Assembly (NCBI GenBank): GCA_002869265.1
Contig: PKTH01000030.1
Coordinates: 1-51,699 of the forward strand
From: Candidatus Parcubacteria bacterium
Lineage (GTDB): Bacteria; Patescibacteriota; Patescibacteriia; Patescibacteriales; BM507
DNA: 51,699 nucleotides
Direction: 5' to 3'
The notes beneath the pieces are model-generated. The model searched no databases. It saw only the letters and a list, made by a program, of their open reading frames with translations, and was not told where the DNA came from. A program made the position numbers and the translations under genes. Positions 17,615 to 29,600 of this stretch are shown piece by piece; position 1 is the stretch's first letter; each line of letters opens with the position of its first letter.

Positions 17615-20600
17615 TTAATATAATTGCCAATCGTCATTATCTAGCTTTACAGAAAAATCGTTTTGTCCATTGTAGATTGAGGCGTCTGCCCCGAATGGTA
17701 TGCCGATCCCCCAATAAAGCTGATCGCTAACTTCACTAGCATCAGTTGGATTCGGAGTTATTATGTTCACGTCTTGTCCGATGGCTGTTAAGTTTGTGCC
17801 TCCTGACCAAGTAAAATTATTCATATCCCATTCTATATTGTTTACCGTGATTGTCCCAGAGGGACTTCCTGACATGTCAGTTCCTGACAAGGTTGTATCA
17901 ATTGGAGAGTTACCTAGATTCACAATTGTGGTTGTAGCATTTTCTGCTCCGGTGTCCTCACCAACGAAAAGATCTGAACCAAAATCAATAGTGTCTTCAT
18001 TTACACCCAGAGCAATAGTGGTGTTCAGCTCTACTGGCTGAGAACTTGTTGCGGCATAAGAAAGTCCATCAAAAATACTTATATAAGATAGCCAATTAAA
18101 CAATGACCATGGGTTATTCTCGGCATCATCGGTTGGAACTGCAAAATATTCCATTGTTGTGCTACAAGTATAAGCTGCTGTCGCGTCGGTATCACCAGAG
18201 CAGTCTGTTTTTGTACAAGAAAGAGGGTTTATTTGATAACAATCACTGTCATTTGGTGTACAATTAAATCCTCCGGTGGCATCCGACATGTATATTGCAG
18301 CCGAAGCTCCCACTATACCAGTATCACAACCATTTTGGTCAGACACTGAGGCAAGTACGGTATTCATCGGTGTTCCGCCTGCTCCTTTTAGGTTTAGAGT
18401 AATAGCCGAACCGCCATTTAGAGTCAAGGATCCTAAAACTGGTGCTACATTATTTATGGTATAGGTATTTGTTCTATAATTGTCCGTAGCTGCTAAACTA
18501 TGATTATCAAAAAGAAAGGCGTTATATGTATAATCACCACTTGGGGTCGGGGCTGTATCAGTGAAGGAACAAGAAACGTTATCTGTTGATGTGGCGTAAG
18601 AACAAATTGTATCAGTAGGACCGCCACTACAACCCGCAAAACCGGCCGAGGTTCCGATACAAACATAAAGTGAAACAATATCATCTCCTCCCAGACTATC
18701 CGGGTCGTTTGAGGTAGTAGTTATGGTGAAACTTGAGCCTGGGTCATTGTCGTCATCGCTTGTGATAATAGAGGTAAAAACTGGGGGGTGATTTACCACA
18801 AAAGGACTATCATTTGCTATACCGGTGCCAGACCCTTGTGAAGATGTCGAACATTTCGCATTACCAACACCCGCATATTTATCGCACAAGAAAGCATACC
18901 ACTCTAGAGATTCTGAGCTAGTCACAGTTGTATAATTACAGGTTGCCTCTGCGGTGCTTGAAGCTAATTCAGAAGTACACCAAGATCCCCCCTGACATAT
19001 CGGTGGCCCGTCATTACCAGGTTGAATGCTGTCTGTCTGACAGATTGCTAAATAATAGTCATCTGTCTCAGCATCTAGGGCTGTCGCGGTAAAAGTAACA
19101 TCTTGTCCAAGATTGGTTGGGGTCGAAGTAGCTGAATTGTTGTCACTTGGATTAGCGGTAAAGCTTGGAGCCGAGTTTGAAATCCCAGCCAATGTCAATT
19201 CCGGATAAATATCATAAGAATCAAGAGTAGAACCGGAGTCAGTCACCCGGAAACAATATGTACCAGCCGTTACAGCATCAACCGTCGCTCTAATAGCATA
19301 TTCTATCTCTGTATATCTATTTTCAATTAAAGTAATATTTCCAGAAGAATTTGAGGGGTCTGCCACCATTGCTCCACTAACGAAGGTGTAAGTTTCTGTG
19401 TTTGCAAGTTGAGCGGTTGTTGAATCTCCGTCAGTAAAATAAGAACTCGTAGTCATCTCCCACTCTTCAGTAGTCGCGCCCACCGGAACAGTTGTCCATC
19501 CTCCTGGATCTGTGGCACAACCTGAAGTAGTATAGGCGTATTCTATTTGGTAATCATAGTCTGTGGCACTCCCTCCTCCGGTGTTAGCAACCTCGATCCT
19601 AAGTCTTGTGGTACTACCTATTGCAAGAGCTGTCCCAGTCAGAGGATCTCCATCGTCTTCATCTTCTCTCCAGGTGGCTAGAGTTTCTGTATTATCGTCA
19701 TTTCTAAATCTATAGTGAATTTGTTTTGTGTCAGGAGAAGCGGCACTAAATGAAAAGCTTATATAGTCAGAACTAAAAGTTGTTGAAGAAGCAATGTCCT
19801 GATAAACCCGCCAAGAAGTATAATTTGAACCGTTATAATATTCTGTCAAAGCTGAATTAAGACTGCCTACCAAGCTAAAGTCAGTATTAGCGATTGAGGC
19901 TGTAGTTGAAGCTATGGTCACCCAAGCATTTGTAGACCCAAATCTGTAAGCTTGCAAATAAACCGCTCCGTCTGCCCCTCCAATACCAGATTGACCGTTC
20001 CAAGTAACATCTACAGCGTCTGTATTGTTTGTATGCTTTCTTACAAAATTATATATAGGATATTCTGAACTCGTGTCTAGAGTATCTCTAACTCCATTAT
20101 CACTAGCAACATCCGAATAGCCATTCGGATCAAGATAGTAGACAAGATCAGAAGAAGCGCTTGGAACGATAGAGACATTTTCTTTTGAATATCTCAAAGT
20201 GTCAGTTGCAACAGTAGAAAAATTTAAGTAAGAAGAATAATTATCGAGTGCTTTATCTTCGCTTAGGTTATACAAACGAACTCGATAAGTATCCCCCACT
20301 AAGGCGTTGCTAGTTTCAAGAGCAAAAACAAACTCTGTATAATAATTTTGGTTCAGAGAGAATACCCCAGTTTGGCCAGACTCTTCATGCCAGGTGCCAT
20401 TTGTCCAAGTGTTTGCATTTAATGCCGCTTTGCTTGATGTAATTAAATCGCCATCTGTCCCAGAGATTCCAGCTGAATAGGAAATTTCTGTAGCCACGCC
20501 TACATCTATCCAATTACCAGGATCATTTGTTTGATTTTCAAATTGAATTTTATAAGTTGTGTTTAAGGCAGCATCGCCTCCGGTGTTTTCTAGTTGCAGA

Positions 20601-23600
20601 CGAGCGTTGAAGCGCTCTCCAACATATAGATTTGATAAAGTTGTATCTATGGTAGCGGCACTAGTGTTGTTGTTTACTCCCGTACCGTCATCATTTTCTA
20701 TTATGAAAGAGGCTTGATCTAGATATGGCGCTTGGTTTGTTGTTACTGATGTCTGGGTAGAGCTAGCCTTATTGCCAGCCTCGTCGTAGGCCCAAATATT
20801 TATATAATAAGTGGTGTTAGCATCTAGATTATAAATAGTTGTGTCACTTGCTCCACTGTAGTTTTTGCTTGATAAATTTGCATCAACATGTTCGATATCT
20901 AGTTCACTAACTGGCGATGTAGTTGAATAAAATATTTTATACTCTGAGAAATTTAGTTCGGTGGTTTCCGCTCCAAAGTCTAGAATAATACTACTGCTTG
21001 TTTTTGACTGTTCGCTTAGGGCGCCTGGAGCACTTGGGTTAACAGTATCTACCTTGAAGTTTGGAGTTGTTAGATTATATTTTACCCAGTTTGAACATTT
21101 TGCTTGATCATCACAAGCAATAACCTGCCACTTGTAACCAGTGCTAGAGTCTGGGACCGAAGGAATGCTTAGACTATCGCTAAATTTGGTCACACTATAA
21201 TCACCAGCCGTACTGGTTGAAACAAACCAGATCTTTGTTCCACAAGATCCATAGGCTGTCCCCCAAGAACAAGCTCCACTAGGTTCAAGGGTGCTGGTTT
21301 CAAAAGAAGAGGCCTCTGGAATTAATTGAATATACAAAGATATAACCTCGGAGGTGTCGGGGTCATTGGTGGTTGCTTCTAAATAAACTTCGGGAGTCTT
21401 TGACCAACCCTGATTAGAAATGGTGGTTGTAGCGTCTGATTCGTACTGAACAAGTAGGCTTGGAGTATTTGGAGCAGAGTTTCTTTTAGCATAAGAAAAA
21501 CTAGTTGCATCATCATCGTAGTCACTCGGAGTGATACCTGTCGCAATTGTAGTCCATATCTGATTTGAACTAGGATTGTCACTTGAATTGTAAAAACGAG
21601 CATTAAAGCCATCCCAAAAAACTGCAGTGTAGTCGCTAGAACTGTTTTGATAAATTGCAATAAATTCATTTTCATTTGGGTCAATATCTGTCCGCACCCT
21701 AGACCATGTTCCAGCAGCTGCGCCAGGGACAGCAGTGCTTGTAGCATCCAAAGAATTGGCACTGGCATCAAGATTTCTATATTTTGGGGTTGCGCTTGTG
21801 TTTTCATTCCAAAGGGCAACTCCTAAGTCCACATCATAAAATACAATATCATAGGGCTTTTGTGCATCATTGGCGTATGAATAAGAATTAGTGCCTGAGA
21901 TATTGTCACTATTGGCAGGGGTTGACCAAACCGGTGCCGCAGTAGAAATATCAACTTTAAAAACGTTCACCTCACCATTTATATCATCTCCAATATAGTA
22001 GGCCACACCATCTGATTCTGGATTGACAGCAAATTCACCGTGGACAAAATCTCCTGACCAAGTAGCGGGGCTGTTTGCGGCTGTTCCGTAATTGATCGTA
22101 TTGTTGGTTACCACAAAATATTTTGCTTGAGTGTAGGCATTAACATCCGAGCTTGAAAAATTGATTGCCCCTTCTGTGTTGTCACTATCATTAAAATAAA
22201 CTTCCCCAACATAATTAGCCAGGTCTTCTTCCTCGACTGAATGTTCTGTCCAGCTTGTCCATGAGTTGGTATAACTTGAACCACCATAATAATATGCGGT
22301 GCCAACGTTTCCATAATAATCATGTCCAGATTGTCTATGATAATGATTGTCAAAAGTAGTTAAAACATAATTGTCTGTACCTGGGCGCCTAGTTAGTCGA
22401 CAGCCATTTACAACCTCGCCAGGATCAGGACCGACTGCTTCCGTAGTCCAGCCAGATGAGTCCCAAGAATAAACAAGAGTTCCATTACTAGCATTATTGT
22501 TTCTAATTACAAAGAATTCCCCGTCAGAAAGAGAGGCCAAACAAGATGATATTTTATCATTGTCGGTTGCTGCCGTTAGAGCAGAACCCAATTGAGAAGA
22601 GTTTATGAAATCATTGGCTGCATACCGATAAACAGTCCCCCACCATTCCTGGTTTGTACCATCCCAGGTTTTAACTACTACCAATATCCTCGCTCCATCG
22701 TCCGAGCGGATTGAATCAATATGTCTAATATTGTCTCCAGCGGCACTACCAAGAGTCGGACCAGTCTGTTCTGAACTCCAAGCTGCACCATCCCAATATT
22801 TATAAAAAAGAGTTCTGGTATTTTTTGTATAGAAGAAAACACCAGGAGTAGAAGATATAGGATCAGTAGTAATAGAGCTTTCAGTGGCGCTTGTTTTATT
22901 ACCCGCTTCATCGTAGGCCCAGATATTAAAGAAATATTGAGTATTTGATTCTAGGTCAGAAACCGTAGTGATTGATACTCCATTATAATTTTTATAGGCT
23001 AGGTTGGCATCTGTGTGTTCTATGTCTGATTCTGTTACTGGACTAGAGGTTGAATAAAATATTTTATAAGTTGAGAAATTAATTTCATCTGTGGATGTCC
23101 CAAAGGTCATAGTAATATTTGAACTATTTTTGCTAGACTCGACCAGTGATCCTGGGGCCGATGGCGCAGTGTCATCAACCTTGAAGTTTGGCGTTGTTGC
23201 ATTAAAGCCCTCCCAATCGCCAACACAACCACCGTCATCATCGCAGGCAAAAGCCTGCCATTTATAACCGGTGCTAGAGTCAGGAATATTGGTTATACTG
23301 GTTGTGGCATAAAAAGGAATAACAGAAAAATCTCCCGGGGTCGAGGTAGAGATAAACCAAATATTTGAACCACAAGATGTGTAAGCAGTTCCCCAAGCAC
23401 AAGCTCCACTAGGGGTGGTGGTGGCGCTAGTAAATGTGTCGCCTGTCTCGATTAATTCAAAATATATTGTTGGAATCTCTGAACTGTCCTGGTCAAGCAC
23501 TGAAGCCGATAAATATATATCATCATTGGTTATCCACGAACCATTTGATATTGGTGTTAGCCCATCATTCCAATATTGATCTCCTATTACTAAAGTGCTT

Positions 23601-26600
23601 GGTAAATAATTTGTGGTCACAGACAGCTGGGTGGAGCTAGCATTATTTCCATTGTCATCATAGGCCCAAATATTAAAGTAATACGTGACACCTGGAGTTA
23701 AACCACTCACTGTAGTAGTGGCTGCAAAATTATAATCTATATCAGATAAATTAGAATCTGTGTGTTCTGTACCTGCTTCTGTTACAGGGCTAGATGTCGC
23801 GTAAAATATTTTATAGCCGGCAAAGTTATTTTCGGTAGTAGCTCCTCCAAGATTTAGAACTACACTCTCACTATTTTTTTGGTTTAGAGTAAGCGCCCCA
23901 GGGCTTGTGGGATCAATAGTGTCAAGCAAGACTAGTTTGTTTCCTGGTGAACTTTGATCAAAAACTCCATCGTTTATAGTTGAACGAAGACAGTAAGTCC
24001 CTTCAACCCCAGGGACGTCTGTCTTGGCCAGCCAATCAAAAGCTACATAGTTTTCTCCGGGGGCTGTCCATATCCAACCAGTTGAAGAACCAACTTGATA
24101 ACTTTGATTATTGTCGACCTTGGGGTCTCCATAGTCAGCCGAGGTGAAGGCGTCTCTCTCATCAATCGTCGCTACATTTGGTGAAGAAAAATCACAAGCG
24201 ATTCCAGCCACATATTGTATCTTCGCTCTCAGGGTGTTGTCATTGTCTGGATCATCGGCACGCAATAATATATCTACTGCTCCGGTTCCGTCTGTTTTTT
24301 GAACTGTCGAAACCATCGAGCCTGTTGGCGGAGTTAATGAGCTGTTGGTGGTAGTAGATAGCTCAATAGTTGAACTAGCCTTGTTGCCTGCTTTGTCATA
24401 TGCCCAAATATTTAAAACATATTGTGTGCCCGCCGAAAGACTGCCAATTTCCGTTGAGGTGGCTCCATTATAATTTTGATAATCAAGAACACTAGGGTTT
24501 AGATATTCGAAATCACTTTCGGTCACTCCCGAAGATCCTTCTTTATAAAATATTTTGTATTCTAGGAAGTTTGTTTCTGTTGTAGATGCTCCGAAAGAAA
24601 CTGTAATACTGGTCGGACTAACCGCAATATCCCCCAAGGCTCCTGGGGGGCTTGGATCCACTGTATCTATCTTGAAATTTGGATTTGCTCCAGGAACTAC
24701 CCAGCTAGAACACTCGGCATTGTCATCACAAGACAAAACATGCCACTTATAAGAACCATCTGGAATAGCAGTAATGCTGGTAGTTCCAACATAGGGGTTG
24801 TATCTAAAAAAGTCTGGGGAACTTGTTGCCACATACCAAATATTTGAAGCACAAGAACCATAAGCAGTCCCCCAAACACAGGCCCCAGTGGGCTCAGAAG
24901 TGGCAGTAGTAAAAGAACTTAGATTATCAATGACTTCAAAATAGAGGGTAATTGTTTCATTTACATCGGGGTCTGTTGCCTGAGCTCTAAGTCTAACGTT
25001 ATTTTCACTAATCCAATTTTGATTATTAATGACAGTAATCTCATCATCAAAAAATTGTTCTAAATTTGTGGCCACCGACGGAGCGGTATTTGCTGGACTA
25101 GTGCTTAGCTTAGGATAGCCATCTGTATTGTAGTATTCAAATTCTGTGTCGTCTGATTCCACCATTCGGAAACAATAATCCGCACTTGAGCTAGCATTGT
25201 TATTATATAGAGCCCAATCCCATTCAGCGACTTCTCCTTTAGGAACCGCATTAATTACAGTTGCACTTGGATTTTCTTCTTCGTAAGTCTCAACAATTGT
25301 TGAAGATGCTAGTAAGGTAGAGGTGGCCGAGATGCCATCACTTACTGACGAATTATTATAACCTTCCCAAGCTTCTCCACTCCCAATATCCCCGACATCA
25401 GTCCAAGAAGCAATAACTGAACAATCTGACCCCTTGCCAAATTGTAATTTAAAACTTTTCGAAGATGTTGCCATGTCTTCTTTCGCTACTGAAACATTCA
25501 TTCTAAGTCTTAAGACATCAGCCAAATAAACCTGACTAATGGCTGTGTTTTCTGATGCTTTCGCACTTGTCGGTAGTTCAGAATCAATATTGTCATACCA
25601 GCGCCAATCATTTTGAGTAAATTCTGGTGGTGGTGGAGTGTATTGATAGGTATAAGACAAAATAGAGTTCATTTTAGCTCCCCCTGTACCACTACCTACT
25701 CCATTGTTTGAATAACAACTTGTGTATTGAGTGCTATTTACCGCGACTAGGGCAGAGCTGACATCATTATAAAAACGTGAAAAAGCATTTGTGCTATCAA
25801 CAGCAGCCTGATAAGTATTTGAACAACTTGGGGTAGAAGTAGATATGTCAGAATCAATGGTTGCATTTCCACCAGTAACGGTGCCGCTGCTATCGCTTAT
25901 TAAGTAACTTGTTTCTAGTTGAGCCCCTACTATTGTTTTTGTCCCAACAATCTCCGGAGCGACTATCCGAGCAGTTGTGCTAGTGGCTAGCTGAGAGTTA
26001 CCATTTACATCACTTTGTCCAGCATAGAGACTAACATTACTTAAATATCCATTTGATTCTTCAGTGTAGGTATAAGTAATCATCAATTCAGCTGAAAGAC
26101 CAGCTTGATTGGCGGTGCTGTTTGTGGTGTTAACTGTAACTGTTTTTGGGCTAGTCCCATTAGCAAGGGACAGCTCAGCATAATCACTAGAAGGAATAAT
26201 ATGATAAATATCGAAAGTTGGATTAACAATTACTGCCCCTGGGTCATAATTATAAGCATAGTTTCCTGACTGGGTGTTTGTCCCCACTTGAGTTGAAACC
26301 GTAACAGAGACTGGGGCGGATACATAATTACTGCTAACTATTCTAACCCAAGCATCCTTGACACTCACTACTCCACTGGCTGCTCCATTTTCTGGAAAAT
26401 AAACATCTACAGCTGCACTTGAAAGAGCTGTACTAGCTCCGTTATTGAGAACGCCTAGTGGATAAGAAACAGTTCTGGTTTTTGTAGCAGCCGAACTAGA
26501 GGCAACATAGGTCATGGCAACCTCTCCTCCCATTAGATAATAAACGTAAGCGAGACTGGAGGCGGGATGCATTTCTAATTTCTGAGCAGTATTTGGACTG

Positions 26601-29600
26601 AGCCCAGGTAAGCCTCCAAAATAATAAACAGGCGGTCTTGCCTGTGTGCCGGCATTGACATTTTCATGAACAACAGTAGCTGAGTTAACGTTAACCGTCT
26701 CAATGTTTACATCAAGGCTGACATCTTCAGTTTTATTAGAGTTATTGTGGTCATTTACATACTGTGTTTTAAACCAATTAGAAAGACTTGTGCCATATTC
26801 GGGAATATCCATTTGATAATCGAATGTTGGGCAGTCTGTATCAAGAGTACAACCATTAGCCTGCGAAGAAAGTCTGGTCCCGCTATCTCCAGCTACATCT
26901 GAGTCAAGAGGATAATAAACAGTTTTTGTAATATTCTCAGTCAAAGAGTCGTTATAGACATAAGTGATTACCAACTGCGCTGAAGCATGGGCAATTGAAT
27001 CAGTGATTGCGCCTCTTTCAATCCTATATCCTACTTGAGCTTCCATTAACGAACTATTTCCGGTGTAGGCTGCTAACTGGGTTTCATTGGTAACATCATA
27101 AAGAATTCGAATATGATTTGATTCGGTTTCATCGTATGAAAGAACTGTGTTGTCATCTTTTAAAATTCGATTGGTCCCGCTGAAAGCATCAGCCGTGCAT
27201 GGCTCTGCACAAGTGTCAAAAGCCAAATTATATCCACTGTAATTTCCGACATTATTAGCATAGGCTTCATATTGAGCTTCAAATATAATATAGGCATTTT
27301 TTATTTCCACGGAACTTTCACCCAATAGGAAATTAAATGCAGTAAAGGTTTGATCTGTGTCGGAGTTTTCTCCAGTCGTCCCATCACCATAGTTCATCCC
27401 CGCTAAAAAGGTTACAGAATTAGCTCTTCTTGGGATTGCTTCTGAGGTGGTAAAATTAACTTCACTTGAACTAGCTTTGTTACCATAATCATCATAAGCC
27501 CAAACTTTAAAATAATATGTAGTTTCCGGGTTTAGGTCAGTAACCTTTGTGCTTGATGTGTCATTGAAATCTATATATAGTAAATCATCATCCAGGTGCT
27601 CAAAATCACTCTCTGAGACCCCTCCTGATCCCTCTTTGTAAAATATCTTATATTCTGAAAAGTTGGAGTCCGTTGAGCTAGCGCCAAAATTTAAGGTTAT
27701 ACTAGTGTCGCTAGACGTGGAAAGTGATAGAGCTCCAGGAACGCTTGGGGAAACATTATCAATTAAGAGGGTCGAGGTTGCTGGAGTGGTTTGATCACCA
27801 CTACCTGAATCATTGGCAGTGAATTGAAGACAATATGTACCGTCGGCTGTTGGTATGTCTAGACTAGTGTCCCAATCAAATAACAGAGTATTTGAACCAG
27901 AGGCTGTAGAAATAAGCCCGGTACTAGTTCCTATCTGATATGTACTAGCATTGTCAATTATTAGAGTCCCAAAATCAGCACTAATATTTGCTGGTGTCTC
28001 ATCAAAACTGGGGTCAAGGGGGGTTGTAAAATCACAAGTTGAACCAGCCACATAGTCTACTCTCATTTTTACATCATCATCATTACCATCATCAACTTCA
28101 ACTGAAATATCCACCACCCCTGAGCCATCTGTCTTTTGAGCAACTGAATTAACTGAAGAAATTGGTGGAACCAATTGAGCGGTAGTTGTGGTGGAAACCT
28201 CCGTACCGGCAAGTGCCAGGTTTCCAAAGTCATCATAGGCCCAAATATTAAATACATACTGAGTGCTAGGAAACAAACTACCAATATTGACTGTGCTCGC
28301 CCCATTATAATTTGCTAAATCCATATCTGAATTAGTAAAAGAGCTGTCTGTCGTTGTTGCCCCCGAAGAGCCTGCTTTGTAATAAATAATATATTTATCA
28401 AAATTCGTATCACTAGAAGCTGATCCAAAATTTAGAGTGACTGAAGTTCCATCCACTGAGGCCACTGAAAGATTTCCCGGGGTACTTGGGTCCACATTGT
28501 CGATTGTGACTGTTTGAGTATCAGAAGTTGTCTGATCAACAGTCCCGTCATTTGCTGTTAACCGCAAACAATATGTTCCATCTCCTGTGGGGATATCTGT
28601 ATTTGAATCCCAGTCAAAAATAACTGAGTTAGAACCTGAAGCAGTTTCTATCCAGCCTGTAGCATTACCAACCTGGTAAGTATTATAATTCAGAACATTT
28701 GGATCGCCAAAGTCGGCACTGGTGTCTCCATCAACTTCGCTTAAGGTTGGATCTTGAGGAGAGGCAAAAGTACAGCCCGAACCCGACTCATATTCGATTT
28801 GAGCACTTACATCATCGTCATCAGGATCATCAATCTCTATAGAGATATCAACTACGCCTGTGCCATCTGTTTTTTGAGCGATCGAATTAAAAGAACCCGT
28901 TGGAGGATCATTTGGTATTGTATACTCAACCCTTATTCTCACTTGGTCTATATATAAAAATCTTGGTTGTCCATTATCAGAGTTGTTACCATAAATCCTA
29001 ACATCGAGATTTTGCACATCAGTCCAAGTCCAGGTTCCTGGAGCTTGTGAGTCGTTTGTTATATCAACATAAAAAGTTGCATCGGAGTCACTTGCTCCAA
29101 GAGTCGCTCCTGAAACACTCTGGGCTGTTCCATCCGTACTCCCTCCGAATCTCGGAAGAAGGTAAGCGGTCACATCTCCTGTGTCTTCGGTGTAACCCTC
29201 AAGTCCTATTTCAACTTTTGTAATTGCATATGAATATGAAGGGGCGGTATTAGAATTTACTTCTAAATAATTACTAGAGTCTGGTTCATCTCTTCTTGGG
29301 ATGTCACGTGAAGCATAATTATTATCAATTGAGTTATATGCGTTGGAAGCGTTGGTCCAATTGACGCTTGTCCCCCCATCATAGTCATAAGTTGATACTG
29401 CATCTGAAGCTATCTGCCACTTTCTTGTCTCGCTAAAGACTGTTGCCCCATTATTGTTTGCTACTTGAGCAGGGCCCAATAAGAAAAATTCAGGTGAAAC
29501 ATCCGGAGCATCAAAAACATAGCTTAAATCATAAGAACCACCTTGTTGCCAATCCACTTCCCAAATAATAACTTTTTCGTCTTCAAGCTCTATCACCTGA

